Of a stretch of 64,000 nucleotides of DNA, positions 42,909-56,597 are shown piece by piece (the stretch's first letter is position 1; each line of letters opens with the position of its first letter). The stretch covers positions 1,984,001 through 2,048,000 of the forward strand of contig CAVNZM010000005.1 in NCBI GenBank assembly GCA_963693365.1, written 5' to 3'. Both the position numbers and the translations under genes were made by a program. The notes beneath the pieces are model-generated. The model saw nothing but the letters and a program-made list of their open reading frames with translations. It was not told where the DNA came from and ran no database searches. This DNA is from Amoebidium appalachense (Eukaryota; Protista; Ichthyosporea).

Positions 42909-43750
42909 CTACACACTCCCCCCCATTGCCTTCAGCTCGCTGCATGCCGGTGTGTCGACACTAGCCCTGCCGGCAGCCTTTGCCCTCTGGGCCTGCAGTC
43001 TCTGGCTGGCACAGTCCTGGCCCAGCTTGATCCGGTATGTGGCCTCGATCCCGTCCTCGTACCTGCACCAAGCACCAACGTCAGATGCTGGCACTACAGC
43101 CCACAACCCCTACTTCCAACCAACACCCCCTCCCCCCTTCCCCCCTCCCCCCCATCTCCCTCAAAAAAGGTGCGGGCTGAAAAAGCTACCCCCACCCACC
43201 ACACACAACACAGACACCACCACCACCATCAACACCACACATACACATACTCAACACACACACACACACACACACACACACCAAGGCCCAAGTGTTGCCT
43301 GTCAGCAACACACCATTGCCCACGTAAGCACACGTTAAGAGGATTGTAACGTGCACACATAATACATGCATGCAGACCGGTAAACAGAGAAGGATCGGGA
43401 GCCCCAAGCAGGGCGATAGGGCCAGGCAAGGTGCCCCCGACAGGGGACGGGAAGGGGGGGGGGGGGGGGGGGGGGGAGAAAACACAAACCCATAGAGCTC
43501 ATATAAAATGTACAGGTGCTTCGAACACACCTCATACAGAAGCATTCTGTGATCATTCTCTTCCTGCTCTTCCCATCCAAATACATCCAAATACTCTTCA
43601 TTGTCTTCCCCCCCCCCCCCCCCCCTCCAGAAACACACACACACCATCCCAACCCCCCACCCTTCATGGTCACCATGGACTTCCTGACTCCTCAACTTCT
43701 CGTAATTGCCCCCCCCCCCCCCCCCCCCCTCCCCCCCCCCTCCCCTCCCC

Positions 43751-43781
<31 letters not shown>

Positions 43782-44026
43782 AAACAAAAAACAAAAAATA
43801 AATAAATAAATAAATAAATAAACTAAAAAAAAACCAAAAAAAAAACAAAGAAATAGCAATAGCATAAAAAATCAAGAAAGAAATACCACCATCACCAACA
43901 CGGCAGACACCATCTCCCCCCCCCCCCCCCCTTCCCCTCCTCCCCCCCCCCCCCCCCCCTTTCCCCCCGATCACGATCACCATGCTCTTTCTAACACCCC
44001 AACTTTCTTTATTGTCCCCCTCCTTA

Positions 44027-44072
<46 letters not shown>

Positions 44073-45400
44073 ACACCACCACCACCACCACCACCACCAC
44101 CACCACCACCCACCCACACACACACCCACACACACACACCACAAAAAAAAAAAAAAAAAAAAAAAAAAAGGGTCACAAGAAGCAAACTACATGCACACAC
44201 ACAAAAAAGAAAGAAAGAATAACTGAAAGAAAAAGGAAAGGAAAAAAAAAAAAACAGAACAGGAGAAACTTGCCTTAACCGGTCCTCCCTGCGCCTGAAC
44301 AGTCTTGCCATCTCATAATCGCTCAGACTCGAAAAATACTGCACATTGTTCCGTCCTGTGGCGTGTGGGTAGGAGTAGCGACTTGTCGGAATGAAACTGT
44401 ACTCATTTGCTGGTGTGCCGCTACCGCCAAAAAACGTATTGTACATCAAATAGAAAAACATGAACCACCAAATCCACTTCATCAATTTGCCCACCATAGT
44501 CTCCGGTGCTTGCTCCTGTTGGTTACCCTCCTGGTTCCCAGCGTTTCTTGGCGGCATTCCCCCAAAGAAAAACCCGCTACCTGGCCCGCCAAACGAATAA
44601 ACAAACGTTCTGCCGCGGGCACCCTGTTGCATCCTTATCAAGTCTTCTGGGCGCATGGCCCCACCAAAGAACATGCGGAACAGCTCGTCAGCGTCAAAAT
44701 CTCCATCCATGCCCATACCCGGGCCAAAAGGCCCTGACCGGCCAGACATGGATGACCGGTTCGCGGCTTCTTCCCCTTGTAGATCGTATATCCGGCGTGT
44801 TTGTGGGTCGGACAAAACTTTAAACGCTTTGCCAATCATTTTGAAAGCTTCAGCCGCCCCTGGGGCTTTGTTCTTATCTGGGTGGAACTGAAGGGCCAGT
44901 TTCCTGTATGCCTTTTTCAACTCCGCTTCGTCTGCTGTTTTCGACACGCCCAACGCAGAGTAATAATCCTTGCACGCTTTGATCTTTTTTACCGCATCTA
45001 CCTGCTCGGACGTGTAATCCCCTGTCGTTGCACTTGAACTCGCACCACTGTCGCCCGTGGATGAGTGTCTGTTTCGTTGTCTTGGTTGCGTGTGTTGTGT
45101 GTGTGACTCTCCTGACCGGTTGGAATGTGCAGAAGAGTTCGTGTTTTCGCTTTTTGTTGCACTACCGTTAGCTTTGGGTGTGTTTGGGGCAGATTCCGCC
45201 CCAGATGCTTCAGCATCACCTTCATTACTACCACTCTCCGCTTTTTCCTTGGCTAACTGAAGCAGTGTCTTTGCACGGTCTGATGGGTATAGTGTGTCGG
45301 ATTTAGCAATTAGCTTAGCTGCTTTAGCGTAATTTCCTGCCTGGAGGTTCTTTTGGCCCAACTCCAAACACTTGTTTGCTTCTTCCTTATTGCTCTCCAT
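42909..45400 (-). CDS. DNAJB12: ER-membrane J-domain co-chaperone of the DNAJB12/DNAJB14 family, 2 exons, about 426 aa
   Basis: Exon 1 (45400-44274): [13 protein letters not shown].., J-domain [33 protein letters not shown] region, TM segment and start of DUF1977. Exon 2 (43062-42909): [25 protein letters not shown]. They join through a GC-AG intron with donor AG|GCAAGT. B12 versus B14 cannot be distinguished. Confidence 0.92.
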
Positions 45401-45780
45401 TTTCGCTCACTCTAACGTAAATAAGAAATGAAAACTCAGGACAGAACTGACCGAACGACCAGAGCAAGCTTATATATAGAGGGCCAAGATCATCTGAAAA
45501 TATGACGTAAGCATAAAATATTTTTAGGTATTTGTAAAGATTAAAAAGATATAAATAGTTGCTGGTGCGCTTATGGCCAATCAAAATGCATTACGTTGTC
45601 TGATCTTGTCGACCAATCAGCTCGTTCAGCTGTAGCGCCATTTATAGTTTTATGCTTCAGTTTATGATTGGCTCACAGGGCATCGCTCATTTTGTCGGCT
45701 GGCTCAGTTCTCCCAACAGCTCCGAGCCGCGCGGCAACTGGCAGAAAAGAGAAAGAAGAAAGCTTTGCGAAGTCAGGGTA
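45401..45780. promoter_or_regulatory. Probable bidirectional promoter, DNAJB12 / PGGT1B, with three CCAAT boxes
   Basis: CCAAT at 45577 and 45613 and ATTGG at 45667 in a microsatellite-free region. A probable non-coding first exon of PGGT1B ends near 45777. Confidence 0.55.
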
Positions 45781-45859
45781 TTCCTTTTTTCAAGATACAT
45801 ACTATAACACCTACAACGTGGGTACGTTTAGCTATCTCCCTATAGGTTGACATATTTCT

Positions 45860-45936
45860 TCCACTCCTTATTCGTCGCATCTTTCTTCTCCTCTGCTTCT
45901 TCTCCAGATTTTGGTTGCCTCCCCTCCCTCCCCCCC

Positions 45937-45984
<48 letters not shown>

Positions 45985-46960
45985 TCCCCTGTCATCGCGT
46001 CCCCAAGAGGTTCATTCTTCCCCCCCCCCCCCCCCCCCCTCTATCCATCATACAATCCCTCATTAAAAAGCATCATCACACACGAATCTCTACCCGTCTC
46101 TCTCCTGCCTGGCACTCTCTCTCCCATCTCCCCCCGCCCCTCCCTCCCTCAGTCCCCCGCCCCCAGATCTCCCCTCAGTCTGTCCCCTTCCTCCCCCCCC
46201 CACACACACACATGCTTACCCTCCCTTCCTCACAGCCTCCCTTCTCCCTTCCCTCCCTGAATGTCCCACTCTCTCCTCCCCCCCCCCCTCCTTCCCCCCT
46301 CCTCTTGCCTCTCCTTTCCTCTCTCCCTTTCACTCTTCCACTCTCATTCTCCCACCTTCTGTCTCCCTCCCGCTATATTTCTGTCCATTTCTCTCTCTCT
46401 CTGTATCCCCCCCCCCCCCCCCCCCCCCCCCTCCCTATTCTACCCCCCCGCCCTCGTTCTCTCTCCCCCCCCCCTCCCCTCCCCTGTCTCTCTCTCTTTC
46501 TCTCTCTCTCCCTCCCCCTCCCTCCCCCCGTTCTTCTCTCTCTTTCTCTGCTCTCTCCCTCGCTCTCTCACTTTCCCCCCTCTCTCCTCCTCCCCCCTCC
46601 CCCCTTCTCCCCTAACTCTCTCTCTCTCTCTCTCTCTCTCCCCCCCCCCCCCCCCCCCCCTAATCCTCCCCTTCCCATCTCCCTCTTCTCCCCCCAGGTT
46701 CTCGCTCTCGCTTTTCCCTCTCTCTCTCCGCCTCCTCCCCTCCCCGCTCCCCTCGGTTTTGCCCCTCCCTCTACTTGCCCTCGCCATACCTCCATGAGGT
46801 CTCATCTCACTTCACATCCCCCTCTCAACCCCTCCTGTATTTCTTCTAGATCTTCATGCACGCTACAGTGCTCATCAGTACTCTCTCGCCACCCCCTACT
46901 TTTTTCTCTCCCTCCCTTATTCCTTCCCTGCCTTGCTTCCTTTTCAAGCCTCTCTGCTCT
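45860..46960 (+). repeat. About 1.1-kb pyrimidine-dominated low-complexity tract (poly(C), (CT)n) in the probable 5'UTR intron of PGGT1B
   Basis: Strongly C/T-dominated on the + strand. The overlapping 460-aa and 178-aa ORFs are Pro/Ser/Leu artefacts. Confidence 0.85.
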
Positions 46961-47140
46961 CTTCAGCAAGTGCTCTTTACTTGACATACTGTTCTGTCTG
47001 ATCCCGGCCTTTCCCAGTCTCTGCAACATGCCCACGTTTCCCTTTGCTTTTGCTACAGCGTTCTTTTTTTTTTTCAGCTGTCTTGGTAACGTCATCACTC
47101 ATATACTGCACTGCTGTCCAGTTACTTCTAGCACTGAAAA

Positions 47141-47683
47141 ATGGCCGAGACACCCGAGTTCGACCCCAAGATGCACATTGCATATTTCCGGCGGTGCATG
47201 CAGATGCTGCCAGAACCGTACAAGGGTCAGGACCATAACAGGTAGGGGGATGTTGTTTTCACCTCAACTTCTCAACCCCTGGGAAAAAGGCCTATGATTA
47301 TTTCCGACTGACCGTCACTTTGCTCCTTGTACATGGGAGGATAACACTGTTGGGACTGAAGTTAGAGTCTTTTCTTTTCTCTATGTATGTGTGGTGGGGA
47401 GGGTAAGGAAAGGAAGGTGTGTGTGTGTGTTGGGGGGGGGGGGGGGGGGGGATAGGGAGATATCTATCCCCCTGCCCGTTCCCCCCATATAGTCAAAGTC
47501 ATCTCCCCCGCCCCCCCTCTCCTCCCTTACACCACCTCTCTCGGTGTGGTCCTCACCCTTCAACAATAACCCAACCCCCCCCCCCCCCCCCCCTTCCCCC
47601 TCCGGGAAAAAAAAAAAAAAAAAGCTAGTTCCTCTTTCACACACATGTGTACGCTTATACACATACCCGCACACGTGCGTCCG

Positions 47684-47749
<66 letters not shown>

Positions 47750-48002
47750 CCTTGGCCCCCTTTTGCTTCCATGTGTCACCCTACTCTTTTGTTGACCATA
47801 ATATATGCATACATTCTAACCCCCCCGCCCCCCTCCCTCCCTTCCCTTTGTCCCCATGCGCACACACCCAAATCCGCTCATTCTCTTCTTCATGTGTGTA
47901 TACACATAGAAACACACCTAAGCACACACAGCTACACACGCGCACACACATACATCCAAGCAGGCATGTAAACATCCACACGCAAGCGTGCGCGCACGCG
48001 CG

Positions 48003-48070
<68 letters not shown>

Positions 48071-48795
48071 AACACACACACACACACAAACAAACACAGG
48101 CTCACGCTTCTATTCTTTTGTTTGTCCGGTCTTGATGTGCTAAATGGACTCGAGCTTGGCGAGGAGGAGAGGGCCGGGATAGTGGACTGGATATACTCAC
48201 TGCAGGTGGTGCCGGACAAGGATGATCCAGGTGGGTGGGCATACAGTGTTATTTCCCTTTTTTGTTATTGTTAACCGTGCTTTTTAGGCTGTTTAGCTTG
48301 CATATTTGTTGGAATTATGGTTTATGTTCTATCATAGGGCTATTCATTTGCTGATACATAGTCAACTTGTTGTGGCTATTAGGTTTGGTTAGGTATTTCC
48401 CCCTTTCTTTCTTTCTTTTCTCTCTCTCTCTCTCTCTCTTTTTTTCCCTGGGGGAGGGGGGGGGTGGGGGGGGGAGGGGGAGGGGGGGGGGGGGGGGGGG
48501 GGGGCTATATCTATGTAGGTGCAAGAAAGTGTGGACCCCGCTTGTGTTAATCGGATTCTATGCAATACATATGCATATATGAGTGCGTCTCACGCCACAC
48601 GTCCTTTTGCTTAGGTCTGGCCTTTTTGTCTTGGCTGTGACATCCCCACCCCCCAACAACTTATTTTTCTACATAGCAACCTGCCCTTCGGCTGATCTTT
48701 GGAATTTCAGTTGTGTCACAACTTCATGTCATGCATGTGCTCAAAGCTGTCATACTCAGTGTGTGCGTTCACACACACACACACTCACTCACTCA

Positions 48796-48861
<66 letters not shown>

Positions 48862-48887
48862 CCCCCCCCCCCCCTCTCTCTCTCTAT

Positions 48888-48939
<52 letters not shown>

Positions 48940-48986
48940 GCGCGGGCGCACACGCACACACACACGTGCTTGCGCACACACATGCA

Positions 48987-49045
<59 letters not shown>

Positions 49046-49161
49046 CTAACGCTTGCACACACAGACAAAAATGCTGGTCTCTGTGGATTTCGAGGCTCTA
49101 ATTGGCTAGGGATGCCATTTGAAACATCAGTACGTCCTCCACCCCCTTAGGCCCCCTTCCC

Positions 49162-49195
<34 letters not shown>

Positions 49196-51481
49196 GGGGC
49201 GGATCAAACAAACAAAAATCCACCTAGGATATCTCACCCGTTCTAGGGCCAAGCACCCGATCTATGCAATATTTCAGCCCCCAGTGGAGATAAACGAGTA
49301 CTTTTTTTTTAACGAAGGAAGTATGCAATGTAAATCTTCAATTTAGCGAGTAAAAACAGAACTTTTGCGCTAATACACAAGAAAAAATATGAAAAGCAAA
49401 TAGTGCCAAGATCTCACCCATTCAAGGTAGACCTCGATTTTCAGAGTCATTGGTTGCATATCATATGTTTACCGTTGCCGGATTGTGAATGAAGGGTTTC
49501 ACACAGCCGGCAGTCGACAGAATGTGATGTCGATAGAAGTTCATATTTATCACATTAAACTAAAAAATATTGGTATATATTATTTATATTGGTATTAGAA
49601 GCAGGTATATAAATGATTATTGTAGATTAGACGAGTCTGAAGAGCTTTTTTATGTGCTGCATTTCAGGGCATGCATAAAATGTACACGAATGAGCCACCG
49701 ACTGCTCGGAAAGCCGGTTCTGGGAACCAATCGACTTCATGCTTACGTCACGACTGGATCTGTTTAGAACCAATCACATCACCGGATCTGTGTACCTGGA
49801 ATGGGTGTCTATTGACATGGTTCATTGGCCTTATTCCCCTTAAGTTCTTTGCCCAACCCATCCCAGCCCACCCCATTTGTCTCTCCTCGACCAAATGGTA
49901 CATTATGGTGTGGACAGAATCAGAAAGGGGCAAGGGGAGGGTAGGGGGAGGCGGGAATGTGGGGAGGGGTGAAGAGGGGGGTGTTAACAAGTGTATGCAG
50001 ATTGCCAAGAGTCAAAGCTAAAAGTAGCAAGCCCTTGCGTATGTCACCCTGCAGTCACAGAAATGATGCCTATTGGCATCACTGCCCCCCCCCTCCCCCC
50101 CCCCCCCCCCCCCCCCCCCCCACCCCCCACCCCCCACCCACCCACCCACCCGCCCGCCTCCCTCCCGGCTCTACCTCCCCCAACACACCCGTGCAGACCA
50201 CCCACCCATCTGCTCTTTTGTTCCAATGCCCATCCCCCTGGCTGTGTTGTCCCCTGCCACATCCTAAGGCCCATTGCGCTCGACAAATGCTGGTGGTGTA
50301 CATACGTTCTCCAAGCTCTTATGATATACCCCCCTTCCCCCCCCCCTCTCCCGCACTCGGGCATTCCTCCTCATTCCGTAAGTCACACACAAATTCACAC
50401 CACACACAAATTCACACCAAACACACACACACACACGCACACACACACATACACACACGCGCGCGCGCGCGCGCATGCGCCTGTACACACACACTCACAC
50501 ACCTACCTCATCATACAGGGTGTCAAAAGCTACTACCCCAACGACTGCTCGCACATAACCATGACGTACTGTGCCCTTCTGCTTCTGATCACACTGGGAG
50601 ACGACCTTAGTAGGGTTAGCAGAAAGGCAATAGTGGAGTCATTGAGAGGCCTGCAGCTGGAGGATGGCAGGTATGACACTAAGATGTAAACGTTTATATC
50701 TGCCCTGCTATTGTTGGTTTGTTCCATTCTTCTTTTATTAAGATCTGGCACGTACTCTTAGATACATGTCATTTGTGCTTATGATAAGATGGGCTTCACA
50801 ACTCCCTTAGGCTAAATATGTCTACTAGCTGAAAAGAGTTTTGTTTTCCAATTCCCCCCCCAACCCACCCACACACAAACACCCTCTCCCCCCTTTTCCT
50901 TTTTTTTTAATGCACTTTTCCCGGATGTTTGTGCCTACATTTCATGTCATTATACATCTGCTGCTGTGTACGAGATGTGTTTCACATTGTTCATTGAGTG
51001 ATGTGTTTTTTTTCTTTATCCCCCCCCCCCCCCCCCCCCCCCCCCCACCCCCCGCAGCTTCACCTCTACTGTTGTTGGTGGGGAGAGTGACCTACGGTTC
51101 CTTTACTGTGCCTGTGTCATCAGCACCCTGCTGGATGATTGGTCCGGAGTTGATCGGGAACGCGCTATCAAGTTTATCAGAGGAAGCATGGTACAGACAA
51201 ATGCACCCCCCTCCCCCCCTCCCCCCCCCCCCCCCCCCCCCACACACACACACCCATTTCTTTGCACACACACAGAACACACACGGGACGTGCACGGAGA
51301 CACATGACCTCCACAAAGATGGCGGGAGGAATGGCATGTACTTCAACACAAATATGTAAAATGGATCAGACAAACGAAGAATAGCCAGATTGCATCTAGA
51401 AGGGAGGTACATGTGAGAGGATGGGGCGTGTTTTGATCTAGACTGGGTTTTGTGTGTGTGTGGTGGAGAGGGGGTTTTTTT

Positions 51482-51517
<36 letters not shown>

Positions 51518-51651
51518 GGCTTGTTGAATAGGTAAAGATGAAATAAGCTGGAAAGGATCACAGTAATGGAAAGCAGGTTGATGGGAAGTCGATGTGGCAC
51601 AAGCCGATTGCATTGAAATGATTTTGAAGTAGGTTTGAGCATATCAAGGCG

Positions 51652-51695
<44 letters not shown>

Positions 51696-52221
51696 TGGTT
51701 TGGGGGGGGGAGAAGGGGGAAGGGGGGAGTTAGCAGATGGTACGAGTGGTGGTAGGGGCGGTTGTTTCAACATTCGGTTATTATGAATATCCATCACTTT
51801 CCTCGTATCATCTTTAGCTTTATCAGATGTTAACCCATGTGCTTTGGATCCACCACAGAGTTATGAATGTGCATTCGGCCAAGGTCCAAACCTCGAGGCT
51901 CATGGTACCCCCCTTCCCCCCTCCCCCTCCCCCCACCTCTCGCCCCCACCCCCCAAAAAAAGGAAGGAAAAAAGAAAGAGAAAAAAAAGAAGAAGAAACC
52001 GTTAGGTCTCTGTGTGACTTGCTCTGTGTTATGGGAGCACTCCCCTTTCTTGGCTGCGTGGTGTGCTTTGTAACTTGTGTTCTTCCTTCCCCCATGATGC
52101 GCTCTCTCGTGGTTTCCTTCCCCCATGATGCGCTCTCTCGTGGTTTGTTGATTAACTAATAGCTTCGGTGAGTCTCCGGGGCCTGCTAAGTGGGTTGGGG
52201 GAAAGGAGGGAGAGGGGGGAA

Positions 52222-52258
<37 letters not shown>

Positions 52259-52458
52259 TATATGAGAATAGTTGCTCTACCTTCGCTTCTGTGTGTGATG
52301 CCGTAGTGTTAAAGATGAAACGGGAGTTAGAAGGTGTGCCGGTCTTTTTGTTTACGGGGACCATGCAGGGGGGTCTACGTTCTGTGCCGTGGCTTCAATG
52401 GTGCTGCTTGGCGGCACAGACGGCATACTCACAAACAACCAGGCATCTCCTCCCCCCT

Positions 52459-52497
<39 letters not shown>

Positions 52498-53832
52498 ACA
52501 ACCAAAAAAAAAAAAAAAAAAAAAAAAAAAAGCGATTGCCAATATATGGGGATGCATCTTTTGAAGCACCTTTATACAAGGGACGCTATTGGACAAATGC
52601 TGACTTATTCGTAAACTTCTATCTTGGTGTAGGGCAGAGCTGTAGTAGAGCCAAGCCAATGCACACAGTGAGGCATGCACATCAACCACGAGTGCTTGGG
52701 CATGCTCACAGCCATATATGGTGACCATGACGTCACCACAGGTATCGGGGCTGCAGGGCTGGCTGATCAATAGGCAGCAGACTGGGTTCCAGGGCCGACC
52801 AGGCAAGCCCACAGATAGCTGCTACTCGTTCTGGGTCGGCGCATCCCTGGAGGTGAGATAGCCTTACTTGGCGTGTGATGCATTTGCACGATGCATTTTT
52901 ATTCTTCTTTTACCCTCTCTCTTTTTCGTCTCACCCCCTCCCCCCCCCCCCCCCCCCCCCCCCCCGGGGGGAGGGTGGGAGGGGAAGGGGGGAGAAAGGG
53001 GGAGAGGGGGGGGGGGGGGGGGGGAGGGGAAGAGAGAGAGGTGGGTAGTGCTGATGAGGGAATGGGGCTTCTACTGACCGATGTTGTGATGACCAAATAT
53101 GGGCATTGTCTGACCTTATATGGGCAGATGTTGGGGGTGTACGATTGGGTGGACAAGGAGGCCAATGCTGGGTTTCTACGCACCTGCCAGTTTGCAAAGT
53201 ACGGCGGCTTTGGAAAGTGGCCAGACTCATACCCGGGTATGCAGCCACCACCCCAACCCCCCCCTTACCAAAAAAAAAAAAAAAAAAAAAAAAAACACAT
53301 ACACACACACACAAACACACAGACACTTGTACACACACTCCCAGTGCACGTCTCTACATTAACACATATGCATGCTTGCCTAAAAGAGTAGTAGTGTTAT
53401 CTACAAAGAAGCATTATACTTATGGACGTGTGTATGGGTGTGCATGTGTGTGTGTGTGCATGTAAGTGTGTGTGTGGGTGAGTGTGTTGGGTGGGGTTGG
53501 TGGGGGAGGGGGAGGGGAGGAGAGGGGGGCAAGGGGGGGTTACACAGATGCCTTCTGGAAAGTGCGGAAGAGGTGGCTTACCGTGGATAACTCTTCAGGC
53601 GTACCGGTCAATACCACATGTTTGTGTTTGTGGTTGGTTGTGGGCATCTCTGTGCGATACAAACAAATAGCAGGCCACTTACACACCTAACCCCACAGAT
53701 GTCCTTCACGCCTACTTCTCCGTGTGTGGATTTTCACTGATGGGATATGAGGGGCTGAAAAAGCTTAACTGCCCCCTCAATATCTCTGAGAAGGCATATT
53801 TGGATTACCGGAGAAGACAGGGCACTGCCTAA
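47141..53832 (+). CDS. PGGT1B: Geranylgeranyltransferase type-1 beta subunit, 10 coding exons, 351 aa
   Basis: Exons 47141-47241, 48100-48230, 49065-49129, 50519-50670, 51058-51190, 51859-51904, 52369-52442, 52742-52852, 53128-53236, 53699-53832 (1056 nt). Motifs [123 protein letters not shown]. Confidence 0.96.
49415..49807. mobile_element. MITE-like element in PGGT1B intron 3, same family as 23439-23707
   Basis: Inverted repeats CACCCATTCAAGGTA / TACCTGGAATGGGTG (14/15), AT-rich interior, and internal blocks shared with the PC intron 8 copy. Confidence 0.62.
52085..52146. repeat. 31-bp tandem duplication in a PGGT1B intron
   Basis: CCTTCCCCCATGATGCGCTCTCTCGTGGTTT occurs twice. Confidence 0.9.
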
Positions 53833-54940
53833 TGTGGCAATAGAAGTATGCGTGCAGGTTGAATTCTAAAATAGTATCTCACCCCTTTTTTTATTTGATA
53901 CGGCCTGCTGTTAGGCCTCTCTAAATTTAACTAATGTTAGTCTACTCATGATGCGAACCATGTGCATGTGGTGATTTCTGAACACACCTCCATTTGCACA
54001 GACAAATACGAACTCTTATCTGTGTGCAGTTGCACATGGCTTACACATACACCGACCCTTCGTTTAGTTCTTCAATTCCCCCTTAGCCATTTAATTTTCG
54101 CACTTCCTTTTTCCCCTCTGCAGTTGTTGTTTTGGGTATCGCAACTGTACGGCTATTGTATAATCATCCTGCAAACTATTCCCACACATTTCATAGCAGT
54201 AAAACCACACCCACTTACATACCCACATACTGTTCCCGTTATAAACGAATGTTCACCTCTCTCTTGTCGCGGCATATGAACACGAAGTGAAATGGAACGT
54301 GACTTACAGCTGAACCTAAACAGGGATTCACGCATATGTATTATCGATTTTGTACTGTGACTAGTTAAATTTAAATTGCTGGAGCAATTTTTTCTTTCCA
54401 TTTTTTTCCTTCCTTTTTTTTTTTTTTTTTTTTTTCCCCCTGTTTCTCGCCTCATCTTGGCGCCCGTTAACAATGCGAATGATGGCCGAAACATTCATTA
54501 TGCCATGTGTTTCAATAAATGAGTAAGGAAAAATGGAGGTGTAACCTGCCCTCATACAGTATCTTTCGTGTAATGTGTGGCACAATATTATTAATGATAA
54601 AGTTCCATGCCAGTTCATTTACATCTGCATAGCTTCATCCATTCTCCCCCCCGTCCTCCTCCTCCCTCCCTCCCCCCCCCCCCCCCCCCCCCATCCCCCA
54701 CACCCACACCCAATAACGACCCTCCGACTTATTGCTGAGGCCGCCAGTTGCCCTGACTTAGATCTTGCCAACCACGTGGCCATTCACACATGGGCAAATT
54801 GCTCACACATTCAAACACACACACACTCGGGGACACGAACAGGAACGTGTTAAGCACTGCAGTTACATGCGTAGGATCAAAGTTGTTCGGATGCACATAC
54901 ATTTTGCCCTTCCCCCGCTCCCAACCCCCCTCCCCAACAC

Positions 54941-54973
<33 letters not shown>

Positions 54974-55431
54974 AACACACACGCTACCAGCACCGCCGCC
55001 ACCCTCACCCCCACCCCTCCGTAACACAATCCATATGCATGCACACGAAGCTCGGATAGGTAACATGCCCTCCGACCCCACCTCCCTCTGTCGGGGCCCG
55101 CATTGATTTAAGATAATAAAATAATAATCCTTGAAGCGCCTTCCCCACACTAAAATGGCATTCGGGTAGAATAAAATAAAAGATGATAAGGAGAAAAAAG
55201 GCCCTGGCAAACATCGACACAGCCACCATGCAGGCATCACCACCAACGTTAACAACCCCACCTTCCCTTCTTCCTCTCTCAACGAAATAAATTAAGTCCC
55301 CCCTGCATCTTCCAACACCCCCCCTCCCCCCCCCCCCCCTCCCCTTCCCCCCGAAAAAAAAAAAGAGTGAGAGAAGAGGGAGAGAGAGAAGAGAGAGGAG
55401 AGACAGACAGACAGACAGACAGACACACACA

Positions 55432-55512
<81 letters not shown>

Positions 55513-56222
55513 TCGAAAGCCAAAGAAAAGGCGCACCCCCTCCCCCCTTCCCCCTCCTCCCCTCCCTCCCCCTCCCCCCCCCCCCCCTGTGCCCCATGTA
55601 CTGGGCCCCAACTTCTTGATGCACCTCAGTACCCTCCCCCCCCCCCCCCCCCCCCCGCACCCACCCCACCCCCCCTCCTCCCCCCCATCGCCCGCCACCC
55701 CCCCCCCCCCCCCCCTCCCACTGCACCCTCCGTCCCTTCTCCCCGAGGGGCCTGTGCAATGCTGAAAGAGTCTTAACAAACATGCATCAAGGCTGCAACG
55801 AACACACACAGGGATATCGGATTACAGCACCCATCCACACATTTTTACGAGTCTCACAAAACATGCGCTAGAAGGGACTACTTTTTCGTTTTTCTAGCAT
55901 ACGTTTCGATATATTTTATGACCCCACTGAGGCCAGCAGAGTTTACATGCGAACGGAGCTATGGCGAATTCACAATGTAATTACTCCTTTTCATATACAT
56001 ACAGCATACAATGCTATTAATAAATTATTCTCACATTGCCGTACAAGATATAACATCGAAGCATCCGTCGTCGGCATCACAATGGGATATGGCACGAATG
56101 GGCCATTGATACCCCAGCGACAGGCCCTCAGCAATTCAAGTAGAGAGAATATTTACACATGCCGATTTTTTTATACACTAAAAGCAGCACGTGCTGGCTA
56201 TCCACTTTTTTATTCCCTAATT

Positions 56223-56265
<43 letters not shown>

Positions 56266-56338
56266 TTTGTGTGGGGGCTCCCCCACCCCTCCACGCCCAG
56301 ATCTCTGCAAACATGCCGTGTCCTGAAGAAGTGCCCAT

Positions 56339-56505
56339 TTATCCCGCCTTGGTGTATACACCTTCCGCACCGCACTCCTTCATGCATGATGTGACGTCAT
56401 GATGGGTGTGCGCTTTCAAGACTAGCTGCACTGGCTTGCGCGGTCCAAGGGGCAGAGAGTGGTAGGGCACAGGACTGGCCGGATCTGCCAAGTGGAAGTC
56501 AAATG

Positions 56506-56597
<92 letters not shown>

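Noticed and set aside
45577-45595. ER-stress element (CCAAT-N9-CCACG) at the DNAJB12 promoter
   Set aside because: The sequence is CCAAT-N9-TTACG, only 3/5 in the second half, which is too weak to call.
53900-56330. Additional gene between the PGGT1B and CYP 3' ends (also checked 4800-6300 and 14000-15850)
   Set aside because: No recognisable protein motifs or consistent exon chain were found. The regions fit convergent 3' UTRs plus low-complexity spacer.
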